Positions 22,262-33,545 of a stretch of 64,000 nt of DNA are shown here, in pieces. This stretch comes from Deltaproteobacteria bacterium. GTDB taxonomy: Bacteria > Myxococcota > Kuafuiibacteriia > Kuafuiibacteriales > Kuafuiibacteriaceae. Where the stretch lies: assembly GCA_040218735.1 (NCBI GenBank), contig JAVJQW010000048.1, positions 64,001-128,000 of the forward strand, given 5' to 3'. Position 1 is the first letter of the stretch, and each line of letters starts with the position of its first letter. The notes beneath the pieces are model-generated. The model was not told the DNA's origin. It saw only the letters and a list, made by a program, of their open reading frames with translations, and searched no databases. The position numbers were made by a program, and so were the translations under genes.

Positions 22262-22291
22262 AATCTAGGGGTGGCCCGGCGGCCCGGTCAA
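22262..22291 (-). promoter_or_regulatory. Sigma70-type promoter upstream of rplC
   Basis: Minus strand TTGACC-N18-TAGATT. Confidence 0.6.
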
Positions 22292-22341
22292 GGATTTCGT
22301 TCACGCACCGACACCCGTCGAGCGCCCGATAACCCTGGGGG

Positions 22342-23559
22342 ATGCCCGTGAACCCCACCGGTCCGCGCTCGGGCGCGCTGGATCTGAACCGCCTGGCCCA
22401 GCACGACCCCGAGGCGGCCGAGGTCGGCTTCGCGCTCAACCACCCGGCGTACGGCGGCGTGGACCTCGACGGCGACCCCACGCGCCTCACCTGGGACGAG
22501 CTCGCGGCCGCCGCTCCCGGGTTCCTCCGCGCCTACCCCCAGATCCAGCCCGCGCTCCTCCGCCTCCGCGCGGCCTTCGCGAGCGACCCGGCCCCCAGCG
22601 CACCCCCCGTGAACGACCCGGGGCCCGGCTGGATCGACCCGGCCTCGGCGCAGGGCGTCACCGACGCCGCCGGCAACGAAAACGGCCGCCTCGTGCACGT
22701 CGACGGACGGCCCCTCCTCCTCTTCGACCGCTCCGACGCACAGTTCTCCCGCTCCGAGGTCCGCTTCGGCGCGCCCGGCGCCGCCTCCCGCCCCCTCCTG
22801 GAAGGCGCACTGCTGCAAGCGTCCCCCAGCCTCGCCGCGGGGCACGTCTACCTGCTCCGCGCCGACCGCTTCGACGCCCCCACGGCCGAGCTGGTCCGCG
22901 TCCCGTTCGACGGCGAGCGCGCCGGCCCGGCGGAGCCGGTCGTAGGCCTCGAGGGGCTCGGCCCGCTGTCGTGGCCGCGGGTGCACGAGCTCCCGCAAGG
23001 GGGCTTCGTCGCGGCCTATCGCGACGCCGCCTCCCGCCCCCGCGTCGCGTACAGCGACGACGGTCAGCGCTTCGTCACGCTCCCCGGCACGGTGGAGCCG
23101 CAAGGCGCCGCGATGGTCGAGCTCGGTGTCTTCGAGAACGGGTCGCTCGCGATGACCTATCAGCGCACGCTGCCCGACGGCTCGTACGTCTCCTACGTTC
23201 GCACTTCACAGGACGCACGAACGTGGAGCGCGCGCCGGCCGATCACCGCGGCGAGCAACAACGTCCACGACACGAGCCTCGTGCGCCGCGAAGACGGCGG
23301 CCTCGATCTTCACTACGTGTACACGACCGAGCGCGAAGGCTTCGCGCTGTACCGACGCGCGCTCGGCGAAGACGGCCGGCTCGGTCCGGAGCAGCGCGTG
23401 ACGCGGCCCGGTCCGGACATCAACAAACCCGTCGCGTCGCGCGCGCCGGACGGTTCGTCGTGGGTGACCTTCGCGGAGGTGACCAGCCGCGACCCCGCGG
23501 GCTGGGTGAATGGCCAACAGCTGCGGACCGTCGAGCTCGACGGCGACGCGCCGCGCTGA
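22342..23559 (+). CDS. Hypothetical protein with Asp-box/BNR-like motifs (sialidase-like propeller)
   Basis: 405-aa ORF with GC3-biased codons; 'YSDDGQRF' and 'TSQDARTW' resemble Asp-boxes. Confidence 0.6.
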   Translation: MPVNPTGPRSGALDLNRLAQHDPEAAEVGFALNHPAYGGVDLDGDPTRLTWDELAAAAPGFLRAYPQIQPALLRLRAAFASDPAPSAPPVNDPGPGWIDPASAQGVTDAAGNENGRLVHVDGRPLLLFDRSDAQFSRSEVRFGAPGAASRPLLEGALLQASPSLAAGHVYLLRADRFDAPTAELVRVPFDGERAGPAEPVVGLEGLGPLSWPRVHELPQGGFVAAYRDAASRPRVAYSDDGQRFVTLPGTVEPQGAAMVELGVFENGSLAMTYQRTLPDGSYVSYVRTSQDARTWSARRPITAASNNVHDTSLVRREDGGLDLHYVYTTEREGFALYRRALGEDGRLGPEQRVTRPGPDINKPVASRAPDGSSWVTFAEVTSRDPAGWVNGQQLRTVELDGDAPR

Positions 23560-25119
23560 TCAGCGCGTCTCTTCGGGACCGAGGGTGATCGTCGGCGCCG
23601 GCTCGGGCGTGCTCCGCACCCACCAGTCGTCGAGCCCGACGCCGCTCTCCGGGGAGCCGCCGGACTGCACGGAGACGAAGCGGAAGTGCAGTGAAGGCTG
23701 GTCGATCTGCGGCCGGAACCTGAGTCGCACACGCTGGTAGTACGTGAAGCCGGGGCCCGGGAAGTTCCACCCCTCGACGGTGCGGTCCGAGCCGTTGTTC
23801 TCCTCGAACGTGAGCGTGTGGTTCGGCGGGAACTCGACGTAGCTCGCCGACGGGAACAGCAGCGACGCCGCGAGGTCGTCGTTGTCGAGCGAGTGCGAGA
23901 AGTAGATGATGTCGTTCGGCGAATCGAGGAACTGCGCAGTGATGTAGAAGCTCGTCTCGTAGCTCACGTTCGCGGGCGCTCCGACGAGCACCGTACGGAT
24001 GCGCGGCGTAGCGAGCGTGCGGCGGAAGGGCACCGCGCCGCCGTCGGAGATGCAGTAGTTGCCGTCCGTGTTCCCGAACGCTTCGACCGGGCGTTGCAGG
24101 CCGCAGCGTGACCAGTCGTTGGTGTCCCACGCGTCGTCGTCGCCGGAGTCGACCGGCGAGACGTTGTTGTCGAAGTCCTCGAGGAACTCGAACACCGAGT
24201 TGTCCGGTGGGTTGTCGGCCATCGTGTCGCCGTAATAGAGCGCGAGCGCGTCGCCCTCCGGCGCGCCGGCCGCGGGGATGTCGCGCTGGACGCGGGCGAT
24301 CAGGTACAGGCCGTCGGTGTTCGGTGCGAGGCGATCGTCGTAGGCGTGCGCGAGGCGGTCGGTGCCTTGGTACACGGCGAGGTCGCGCGCGGTGTCGAGT
24401 GACTTGCCTTCGGTGACGAGCGTCCCGTGCGGCACGGGGATGCGCAGTGTGACGCCGGCGGGGATGTCGCCGGTGGTGTTCAGTCGGACGGCGCGCCGGT
24501 AGCCGTACATGCCTTGGAAGTCGCCGAGGCCGGAGTCGGGCGGGCCGGCGTCGCGCGGCGGTCCGCCGTCGCGGAAGCCGCCGTCGCGCGGGGTGCCGCC
24601 GTCGCGGTCACCCGCGTCCGGGATGGGGCCGGCGTCACGGTTGGGATCCTTCGGTCCGCCGTCGCGCGGATCGTCCGAGGACAGATCGAACGCGACCTTC
24701 TCCACGACGTCCTCGCCGTCGAGGAGGAGCACCAAGGTGTACACCTGGGGGATGAGCGGACCGTTCTTTACGAACACCCGCATGTTGGTCGGCCCGAGGA
24801 CGTTGAACTCCGGCTCGAGCGTAACGGCCGATTGCTCCCCGCGTAGCTGGACCGACAGGTCGTTGCTCAGGACCTGGCCTTCGCCGGCGGAGAGGTCGTA
24901 CGCGATGGCGCGGATGAAGCCGCCGCCGGTGACGAGGAGGTCGAATTCGGCCGCACGGGCGTCTCCGTCCACTTCCAGCGTGTCGATGCGCAGCGCGTCG
25001 GGCGAAGTGCTCGGACACGCGGTCAGCGTCACGAGCGCCGCGGGCAGGAACAAACTGGGCCATCGGACCGGTTTCGGTCGTACGAGAATTCGACGGGAGG
25101 TGGATCGGTTCTGAGACAT
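23560..25119 (-). CDS. Hypothetical lipoprotein with RDGG/RDAG linker repeats and a DUF2341-like C-terminal domain
   Basis: Lipobox 'LTAC'; 'RDGG' repeats; 'YGYRRAVRL...LALYYGD...VFEFLEDFD'. The start may lie downstream of 25119. Confidence 0.65.
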   Translation of the reverse strand: MSQNRSTSRRILVRPKPVRWPSLFLPAALVTLTACPSTSPDALRIDTLEVDGDARAAEFDLLVTGGGFIRAIAYDLSAGEGQVLSNDLSVQLRGEQSAVTLEPEFNVLGPTNMRVFVKNGPLIPQVYTLVLLLDGEDVVEKVAFDLSSDDPRDGGPKDPNRDAGPIPDAGDRDGGTPRDGGFRDGGPPRDAGPPDSGLGDFQGMYGYRRAVRLNTTGDIPAGVTLRIPVPHGTLVTEGKSLDTARDLAVYQGTDRLAHAYDDRLAPNTDGLYLIARVQRDIPAAGAPEGDALALYYGDTMADNPPDNSVFEFLEDFDNNVSPVDSGDDDAWDTNDWSRCGLQRPVEAFGNTDGNYCISDGGAVPFRRTLATPRIRTVLVGAPANVSYETSFYITAQFLDSPNDIIYFSHSLDNDDLAASLLFPSASYVEFPPNHTLTFEENNGSDRTVEGWNFPGPGFTYYQRVRLRFRPQIDQPSLHFRFVSVQSGGSPESGVGLDDWWVRSTPEPAPTITLGPEETR

Positions 25120-25201
25120 CGCGTTACGACCGCTCCTTCGAGGCCCGCCCCGATTGCCGGGGCGTTCTCGCGAGTGGTAATTTAACCGATCCTAGGGGTT
25201 C

Positions 25202-26506
25202 ATGCGTCGCCGAAGACATCAACGTTCTGCGTCGGTCCTGGTTGGGGCCTTCGTAACGTCGATCCTGGTGCATGCACTGGTCGCATTCCCCCTTCGTGAC
25301 GCCGTAGACGACTACCTGTCCCGCGGGTCCAGCGTACCAAAACCCGTGCGGGTCGTCCGCCTTTCGCCCGATGCGTGGTCGAAGAGCATGAAGGACGCGA
25401 GGTCGGCCCGCGCGAGGCGTCCCGACCTGAAGCCGACCACGAAGAAGGCCGACGCTCGCGCCGCGGAGGCCAAGGCGAAGGCCGAGGCCGAGAAGAAGAA
25501 GGAAGAGCCGAAGAACGAGCGGCTGCGCGGGCAGATCGTCGAGGTCCCGCCGACGCCCGACGACAGCCCGAATCCGGACGCGAAGTACCTGTCGAAGTAC
25601 AACTCCCACGTCGACAAGGAGACGACCGCGCGTCAGGAGCTGCGCGACTCCACGAAGAAGCGCGTCACCAACAAACTCCAGGAGAAGGAGCGGGTCGGTT
25701 CGCCGGAGAACGCGATGAAGACGCGCGGGCTCACGGTTCGGGGTGACAACGACGTCGCGAACAAAAACGGCAAGGCCGGAAAGAAGGGCGACGGCGAGGC
25801 GCAGTTCAAGCTGAAGATGCCGGACATGCAGCGCCGCGACGAGGTCGCGTTGAAGCTGTCGGATCTGCCGGGGCGCATGCGTCGCGTTCCGAACCGCCTC
25901 GGCACCGAAGAGGTGCGCGGCAACTCGGATCGTTTCGAGCTGCAGATGGGCAAGATGAACGCGAAGGACGGCGAGGGCGACGACGGCGGCAAGATCGGCG
26001 ACAAAAACGCGCCCGAGAACGAGCTGCCCTCCCTCGCGGCGTTGGCGCCGACGATCGGCACCATCGCGCGCATCAGCGGCTCACCGTCGCGCGACTACGT
26101 CGAAGGCGTGCAGGAGGGTGAGGGCACCTTCCTCAACACCAAGGAGTTCAAACACGCCACGTTCTTCTACCGCGTGCGCGACAGCGTCGCGACGTACTGG
26201 GAGGACCTCGCCGCGCGTGAGTATCGTCGCCGCGATCCGAGCGGGAACATCTACGGCGTGCGCGACCGGTCGACGCTCCTGCACATCCAGCTCGCGCCGG
26301 ACGGGACGCTCGCGAACGTCCGCGTGGAGCAGACCAGCGGCGTCGACTTCCTCGACAACGTCGCGGTGCAGGCGTTCAAGATGGCGGAGCCGTTCCCGAA
26401 CCCGCCGGCCGCGATCGTCGACCCGGACGGGCGCATCCGCTTCAACTTCCAGTTCGTCGTGACGATGCGCTCGCGCAGCCCGATGAACCTGTTCAACTTC
26501 CGCTAG
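25202..26506 (+). CDS. TonB/TolA family protein (C-terminal TonB domain)
   Basis: N-terminal TM 'SILVHALV', long charged linker, C-terminal 'SGVDFLDNVAVQAFKMAEPFPNPP'. Confidence 0.82.
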   Translation: MRRRRHQRSASVLVGAFVTSILVHALVAFPLRDAVDDYLSRGSSVPKPVRVVRLSPDAWSKSMKDARSARARRPDLKPTTKKADARAAEAKAKAEAEKKKEEPKNERLRGQIVEVPPTPDDSPNPDAKYLSKYNSHVDKETTARQELRDSTKKRVTNKLQEKERVGSPENAMKTRGLTVRGDNDVANKNGKAGKKGDGEAQFKLKMPDMQRRDEVALKLSDLPGRMRRVPNRLGTEEVRGNSDRFELQMGKMNAKDGEGDDGGKIGDKNAPENELPSLAALAPTIGTIARISGSPSRDYVEGVQEGEGTFLNTKEFKHATFFYRVRDSVATYWEDLAAREYRRRDPSGNIYGVRDRSTLLHIQLAPDGTLANVRVEQTSGVDFLDNVAVQAFKMAEPFPNPPAAIVDPDGRIRFNFQFVVTMRSRSPMNLFNFR

Positions 26507-26530
26507 CAGCGATACAGACCAACTGCGCGA

Positions 26531-29170
26531 TCACGGTCGCGGCAAGCGTGCTTCGAGCTCGCGCGCGACACGACCGACCCGCGGGTGATTCAACACCGGC
26601 GCGAGCGTTGCGCGCGCGCGCTCGAACTCGTTCGCGCGGGCGAGGGCGAGCGCGAGGTTGACGCTCACCCGCCCGAGCCCGGGGGCGTGGGAGAGCGCGC
26701 GTTCGTACAGCGCCATGGCGTCGCCGCTTCGTTTCTCTGCGATCCGGAGGATCGCCTGTTCGTAGCGGTAGGACAGGAGCGCGTCGCCGGGGACCTTCGC
26801 GAGGCCGGCTTCGAGCGGGGCGAGCGCTTCGCTCGGTGAGACCGTCGAGGCCGCGAGCGCAGCGGTGCGAATCGCGAGCGCGGCGTCGGCGACGGTGCTC
26901 GATCCGGTCACGTAGGCGGCGGGCGGCTCGAGGGCGGAGGTGAGCGAGCCGAGGATCGTGCCGTACGCGACGACGCCGACGTCCCGCGCGGCGGAGAACT
27001 CGAGGAACGGGTGGTCGTCGACGAGGAGCGGCGCTCCTTCGGTCCAGCGCGCGAGGCCGCGGGGGCCGGCGAGGAAGAGCGACAACAGGTCGCGGGTGTC
27101 GGCGAGGTGGTTCTTCGCGAGGTCGGGCGCGATGCCCCGGCTTCGGATGCGGGAACGCAGCGCGTCGGGGTCGATCGCGAAGGGGGCCTCGCCGAGGACG
27201 AGGATGCCGTCGTTGGTGTCCAACCAGAGCGAGGCCTCCGGGAACACTTCGAGGCCGGCGCGCACCATCGCGCGGGTCTGACGGACGTCCTGCCCGTAGA
27301 ACGGGATCCACTGCGCCACGACGCCGCCCGGCGCGAGCGCGCGGCGCGCGTCTTCGTAGAACTCGACGCTGTAGAGGTTCGAGGTGCCGGCGGACCACGC
27401 CTGGAGTGGTTCGAGCACGATGAGGTCGAAGCGTTCGTCGGTGGTGCGGAGGTACGCGCGCCCGTCGTCGGTGTGGACGTGGACGCGCGGGTCGTCGAAC
27501 AGGCCGCGGTTCGCTTGGGCGAACCAGCGCTTCGAGAGGCGGATGACGCCGGGGTCGATCTCGATGCAGTGCATCGCGTCGAAGTCGTGTGAAAGCGCCG
27601 CGGCGAACGTCTGGCCGGTGCCGAGCGCGATGCCCGCCGCTGTGCGGGGCTGTTCGACGAACAGCGCCGGGACGTGCCCGAGCGAGCGGTGGCCGCCGCC
27701 GGTGCCGGCCACCCACGCCGAGTTGATCCAGATGCGGCGCCGCCCCTCGGCGTTCTCGGTCACCATCACGTCGCTGTGGGTGCCCTCGTCGAACTCGAGG
27801 ATCTCGGTGTCGGGCGGAACGCGGAGCGCGTAGATGTCGCGCGGCACGTCTTGCCCGAGGTAGAGCGCGCCCGCGGTGAGTGTCGCGAGCGCGACGACGA
27901 CGATCACCGGGCGACGATCCTCGAGCCTGAACGCGAGCGCGAACGCGGTGACGAGCGCGACGAGCTCGGTGACGGCCAGCGCCGCGCCCGTGCCGATCGC
28001 GGGCAGGAGGACGAAGCCGGCCACGAGGCTCCCGGCGATGCTCCCGAACGCGTTGGCGGCGTAGAGTCGACCGAACGTGTCGGCGCCCGACGCCGACTTC
28101 GCGGCGGCGACGAGCAACGGCAGGCACGCGGCGGTGCACGCGGCGGCCGGCACGACGAGCGCGAACAGGAACGCGAGGCCCCCCGCCGAGAGCCCGCGCG
28201 CGAGGACGTTCTCGAACATTCGATCCGCGGCGACGAACCGCACGATCTCGGGGCCGACCGCGGTCGCGACCGCTCCGATCGCCAGCGCGATCGCGGCCGC
28301 GCGCGTCGCGACGGACTCGACGGCCTCCTCCGCAGTGCGGCCGAGGAGGACCGCGCTCCCGAGCGCGCCGAGCACGACGCCGAGGAGCACCGCGGCGATG
28401 ACCTGGCTGTACGCGTAGACGGTGGTGAGGACGACGAGCGAGACGAGGCGGGTCCAGAGTGTCTCCGCCGAGAAACCGACGAACCCGCCCGCGGCCGCGG
28501 CGGCGAGGAGCACCGCGCTGGTGCGGTGGTCGATCGCTTCGCCCATCGTCGAGGCGCGCGCAGGACCGCGGCCCAGCGCGACCGCGATGCCCGCCGCGAC
28601 GAGCGCGCAGACGACGCCGAGGCGGACGGTCGACGACAACCCGTAGGCTTCGATGGTGACGAACCCCGCGACGAGGGTCCCGCCGGCGGCGCCGAGGGTG
28701 TTGACGCCGTACAGGATGCTGATGGTTCGACCGGCGTTGGCGCCCTCGCGCGCGACGAGGTGTTCGACGAGGAACGGGAGCGAGGCTCCCATGAAGACGC
28801 AGGGCACGAGCAGGAACAGCGACAGGGCGGCGAGCTGTCCGTAGAGCGCGACGCCGGCGCCGAGGTTCGCGACGGTGAGGGCGTCGCGGACGCCGTCCGA
28901 CGCGTCGAGGATCGGGAGTGATGCGATCGCGAACAGCGCGGCGACGAGCTCGACCTTCGCATACGCGATGAGCGGTCGCGGGGACCGTGCGGCGCGTCGA
29001 CCGGCGAGGTAGGCGCCGAGCCCGAGCCCGGCCATGAACACGGCGAGGACGAGCGCTTGGGCGCTCGCGGTCGCGCTGGTGACGGAGACGATGCGCCGCG
29101 TCCACGCGACCTGGTAGGCGAGGCTGGCGGCGCCCGAGAGGATCGCGGCGAGGAAGAGAGCCGGGCGCAT
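26531..29170 (-). CDS. Fused membrane domain / spermidine synthase-like methyltransferase with C-terminal TPR
   Basis: 'LSGAASLAYQVAWTR', 'LYGVNTLGA', 'LGTGQT', 'IEIDPGV', 'DDGRAYL', 'FDLIVLEP', 'NLYSVEFY'. Confidence 0.85.
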   Translation of the reverse strand: MRPALFLAAILSGAASLAYQVAWTRRIVSVTSATASAQALVLAVFMAGLGLGAYLAGRRAARSPRPLIAYAKVELVAALFAIASLPILDASDGVRDALTVANLGAGVALYGQLAALSLFLLVPCVFMGASLPFLVEHLVAREGANAGRTISILYGVNTLGAAGGTLVAGFVTIEAYGLSSTVRLGVVCALVAAGIAVALGRGPARASTMGEAIDHRTSAVLLAAAAAGGFVGFSAETLWTRLVSLVVLTTVYAYSQVIAAVLLGVVLGALGSAVLLGRTAEEAVESVATRAAAIALAIGAVATAVGPEIVRFVAADRMFENVLARGLSAGGLAFLFALVVPAAACTAACLPLLVAAAKSASGADTFGRLYAANAFGSIAGSLVAGFVLLPAIGTGAALAVTELVALVTAFALAFRLEDRRPVIVVVALATLTAGALYLGQDVPRDIYALRVPPDTEILEFDEGTHSDVMVTENAEGRRRIWINSAWVAGTGGGHRSLGHVPALFVEQPRTAAGIALGTGQTFAAALSHDFDAMHCIEIDPGVIRLSKRWFAQANRGLFDDPRVHVHTDDGRAYLRTTDERFDLIVLEPLQAWSAGTSNLYSVEFYEDARRALAPGGVVAQWIPFYGQDVRQTRAMVRAGLEVFPEASLWLDTNDGILVLGEAPFAIDPDALRSRIRSRGIAPDLAKNHLADTRDLLSLFLAGPRGLARWTEGAPLLVDDHPFLEFSAARDVGVVAYGTILGSLTSALEPPAAYVTGSSTVADAALAIRTAALAASTVSPSEALAPLEAGLAKVPGDALLSYRYEQAILRIAEKRSGDAMALYERALSHAPGLGRVSVNLALALARANEFERARATLAPVLNHPRVGRVARELEARLPRP

Positions 29171-29192
29171 GTGCGCGTCGCCCGGGGCGAGC

Positions 29193-29588
29193 TCAGCCTT
29201 CTTCTTCGGCGAGGAAGGCTTCGTAGTCGGCCTTCGACATCAGCGCTTCGAGCTCGCTGGCGTCCGACAGCTTCACCCGGATCATCCAGCCGTCGCCGTA
29301 CATGTCCTCGTTGAGGCCTTCCGGCTTCTCCATGATGTCGTCGTTGCGTTCGACGACCTCGCCGGTGATGGGCGAGTAGAGATCGGAGACGGCCTTCACG
29401 CTCTCGACGACGCCGAACGCCTCACCGGCCGTGACCTTTTCACCGGCCTGCGGGAGCTCGCAGAAGACGATGTCCCCGAGGGCGTCCTGGGCGTGCCAGG
29501 TGATGCCGATCGTGGCGACGCCGTCCTTCACGGTGCACCACTCGTGCTCCTTGGTGTACTGCAGATCTTCGGGGAAGTGCTTGTCCAT
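29193..29588 (-). CDS. gcvH: Glycine cleavage system H protein
   Basis: 'YTKEHEW', 'GITWHAQDALGDIVF', lipoyl motif 'VESVKAVSDL'. Confidence 0.97.
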   Translation of the reverse strand: MDKHFPEDLQYTKEHEWCTVKDGVATIGITWHAQDALGDIVFCELPQAGEKVTAGEAFGVVESVKAVSDLYSPITGEVVERNDDIMEKPEGLNEDMYGDGWMIRVKLSDASELEALMSKADYEAFLAEEEG

Positions 29589-29632
29589 GAGGCGCCGCGA
29601 TAAGTCGCGCCTCGGACCGCTGCGGGTCAAGT

Positions 29633-30727
<1,095 letters not shown>

Positions 30728-30731
30728 GGGT

Positions 30732-31598
30732 TCAGGACCTCCTTCGCGTCGCCGCGATCAGGGTGTTGTCGAGCAAGTAGGCGATGGTCATCGGGCCGAC
30801 GCCGCGCGGCACCGGCGTGATGGCGCGCGCGCGCTCGCGCGCCGGTGCGAACGCGACGTCACCGACGAGCTTGCCGGCGTCGTTGCGGTTGATGCCGACG
30901 TCGATCACCGTCGCGCCGAACTTCACGAACGTGCCCTTCACGAAGTTGGCGCGGCCGATCGCCGCGACGAGGATGTCGGCCTTCGCCGCGATCGCCGGGA
31001 GGTCGCGCGTGCGCGAGTGGCAGACGGTGACCGTCGCGTTGCGGTTGGTGAGGAGGTCGGCGACGGGGCGGCCCACGAGGCGCGAGCGACCGAGGACCAC
31101 GGCGTTGGCGCCTTCGAGGTTTGCGCCGGACGCTTCGAGCAGTCGGATGCAGCCGCGCGGCGTGCAGGGGATGAGCGCGTCCGACTCGTCACCGCGCGAG
31201 AGGCGACCGGCGTTGTTCGGATGCAGGCCGTCGACGTCCTTCGTCGGATCGATCGCGCGAATGACGGCCTCGGTGTCGTGATGTTTCGGCAGCGGGAGCT
31301 GCACGAGGATGCCGTCGACGTCGGGGTCGGCGTTGAGCTTTTCGACGAGCGCGAGGAGGTCCTCGGCGGAGGTGTCGGCGGGGAGGGTGTGCTGCGTGTT
31401 CCGAATGCCCACCTCGTCCGCAGCTTTCCCCTTGTTGCGCACGTACACCGCGCTCGCGGGATCGTCGCTCGCGAGCACCACGACGAGGTGGGGCGTGGTG
31501 CCGATCTTCGCTTTGAGGGCGTCGACCTTCGTCTTGACCTCGGCGCGGACCTGTTTGGAGATCGCGCGGCCGTCGATGATGTCGCCGAGCTTTGCCAT
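30732..31598 (-). CDS. folD: Bifunctional methylenetetrahydrofolate dehydrogenase/cyclohydrolase
   Basis: 'YVRNK', 'GILVQLPLP', 'KDVDG', 'PCTP', 'DVGIN', 'TPVPRGVGPMT'. Confidence 0.97.
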   Translation of the reverse strand: MAKLGDIIDGRAISKQVRAEVKTKVDALKAKIGTTPHLVVVLASDDPASAVYVRNKGKAADEVGIRNTQHTLPADTSAEDLLALVEKLNADPDVDGILVQLPLPKHHDTEAVIRAIDPTKDVDGLHPNNAGRLSRGDESDALIPCTPRGCIRLLEASGANLEGANAVVLGRSRLVGRPVADLLTNRNATVTVCHSRTRDLPAIAAKADILVAAIGRANFVKGTFVKFGATVIDVGINRNDAGKLVGDVAFAPARERARAITPVPRGVGPMTIAYLLDNTLIAATRRRS

Positions 31599-31667
31599 GG
31601 GCCCGCGTCATGGCGCGGGGCGGGGCGAGGGTCAACCGGAGGCCGCACCGCGTGGTAGATTCGCGCC

Positions 31668-32189
31668 ATGCGTGCCGTCGTCGTCGCCCAGAGCCTCTTG
31701 TTGATCGCGGGGTGCGCCGTCGACACCGGGGTCGACGAGTTCGAGATCGCCATGGTCGACCACACGACCTGCGAGGGCGCCTTCGAGGTCGCGCTGGAAC
31801 GCGACCGTAAACAACGCGTGTGGACCGACTCCGCGGGCGCCGAAGCATCGCAGCGGTACTGCCCGGACGGGATGGCCGCGGCGTTCTTGTACACGCCGCG
31901 CGTCAGCGGGCAGATCGCGTACACGAACTACCGGCCCACGTATTACTACGTGGATGACTGCTCCGGAGAGCCGGTGCAGCTCGTGCACATCCAGACGGGG
32001 TCCGACGGTCACTTCGTGGGCGACGCGGATCCGGGCGCCGGCGGGTTCCTCACCGCGAAGACGTGGACGCGCCGCTTCGAGGGCGAGAACCTGTTCTTTC
32101 TGCGCTGCCAGGAACCCGACCAGCGGCACCCGTTCGACATGTGGCTCGAGGACGAGCCGGCCCGCAACGCGCGGCACCGTTTCCAGTAG
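31668..32189 (+). CDS. Hypothetical lipoprotein
   Basis: Lipobox 'LIAGC'; fills the gap between folD and the next gene; -10-like TAGATT just upstream. Confidence 0.65.
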   Translation: MRAVVVAQSLLLIAGCAVDTGVDEFEIAMVDHTTCEGAFEVALERDRKQRVWTDSAGAEASQRYCPDGMAAAFLYTPRVSGQIAYTNYRPTYYYVDDCSGEPVQLVHIQTGSDGHFVGDADPGAGGFLTAKTWTRRFEGENLFFLRCQEPDQRHPFDMWLEDEPARNARHRFQ

Positions 32190-32207
32190 GCGATCGCGGG
32201 AGGCGCT

Positions 32208-33545
32208 TCAGAGCTCGGGGCCGCACACGCCGCCGATGCAGGTGAGCGGTGTGCAGCAGTCTGCGTCGTCGTTGCACGCGCCGCAGACGCCGGCGTTGCA
32301 CGCTTGGTTCGCGCAGTCCGCGCAGCTCAGGCACCCCTCGGGCACTGGCTCGGGGCAGTCTTCGCCCGCGCCGAGGACCGCGCGGTCGTAGTGGACGTCG
32401 AGGCGGTCGGAGGTCGCGACGCGCCGCACGAACAAGGCGCCGAACACCTCGACGGCGCCCGCCGAGGTGAGGTCCGCGCGCGGCGCGTACACGTTGCCGC
32501 CGAGCGTCGCGCCGTCGTCGAGTTGAATCGTTCCGCTGCCGCCGATGTACAGGCGGATTCGTGCGGCGACGTTGGCGTCGCCGAGGTCGAGCCGCGTCGA
32601 CGCGACGACGTTGCCGCTGACGAAGAGGTCGAGCTCGGCGCCCGGCGCCGGTCGGATCGCGAGCGATCCGGAGGGGGCGAGGTCTCCCGCGACGAAGAGC
32701 GCCGCGCGGCCCTCGGGGACGATGGTGATCGCCGCTTGGCCGCCCACGCGATCGAGGAAGTAGCGACCGCACGGGAGGCGCACCTCGGTCGGCGCGGTGA
32801 CGTTGGCGAGCGCGTTGGTCTCGAGATCGATGGCCGCGTTGTCGTTCGCGTCGCGGTGGCGTTCGACGTACGCCGCGATGTCGACGAGGTCGTCGCCGCA
32901 CGCGCACGGCGGTTCGACGGAGACCGGGGCTTCGGCGATCGCGCCGACGTCGGTCGTGCCGGCGACGTTCAGGCCGTTGGCGTCGGGGAGTGTGAGTGTG
33001 CCGCCGACGCTGAGGTTCGCGGCGCGCAGGCTCCCGCCGACGAACGCGTCCGCGCCGACCACGACGTCGCCGTCCGCGGCGACCGGACCGTGGTCGAACA
33101 GCCGGCGCCCGACCGTGAGCGGGGACGCGCCGGCCTGCACGCCGTCGACGTCGGCGACGAACAGCGAACCACCGATCGTCACCGCGGCGTTGGCGGCGAA
33201 ACGCCCGTTCACTCCGACCGAACCGCCGGTGCCGCCCGGGGTGTAGGGCCCGGCCGTGCTGTCGAACGCGTCCGTGGTGAGGGCGTGGCTCGCGGCGAAG
33301 TCTTCGCAGACACACAACCCGAAGCGGAACGTCCGCTGCGCGACGCGGCCGCCGCACTCGGTGCGTCCGTCGCCGACGAGCAGCGGCGGGCCCGAGCCCG
33401 CGCAGTAGTCGGGATCTTCGAACCCGGCGTCGCGCTCCGCCGTCGGTCCCGCGTCGCGTACGGCGTCGACGAGCTCCGCGACGACGTCGTCGGTGTGGCA
33501 CCCGGCGACGCAGAGGAGCAGCGCGAGCTTCGGGGCGCGGTTCAA
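32208..33545 (-). CDS. Lipoprotein with beta-solenoid-like central region and Cys-rich C-terminus
   Basis: Lipobox 'VAGC'; 'GNVYAPRADL' adhesin-like segment; C-terminal 'CLSCADCANQACNAGVCGACNDDADCC'. Confidence 0.72.
   Translation of the reverse strand: MNRAPKLALLLCVAGCHTDDVVAELVDAVRDAGPTAERDAGFEDPDYCAGSGPPLLVGDGRTECGGRVAQRTFRFGLCVCEDFAASHALTTDAFDSTAGPYTPGGTGGSVGVNGRFAANAAVTIGGSLFVADVDGVQAGASPLTVGRRLFDHGPVAADGDVVVGADAFVGGSLRAANLSVGGTLTLPDANGLNVAGTTDVGAIAEAPVSVEPPCACGDDLVDIAAYVERHRDANDNAAIDLETNALANVTAPTEVRLPCGRYFLDRVGGQAAITIVPEGRAALFVAGDLAPSGSLAIRPAPGAELDLFVSGNVVASTRLDLGDANVAARIRLYIGGSGTIQLDDGATLGGNVYAPRADLTSAGAVEVFGALFVRRVATSDRLDVHYDRAVLGAGEDCPEPVPEGCLSCADCANQACNAGVCGACNDDADCCTPLTCIGGVCGPEL

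Noticed and set aside
26493-29105. 870-aa alternative-frame ORF and the many other long antisense/alternative ORFs (e.g. 14770-17244, 58359-60893, 60814-63009)
   Set aside because: Arg/Pro/Ala-rich shadows expected at this high GC content. They overlap genes with clear motifs and have none of their own.
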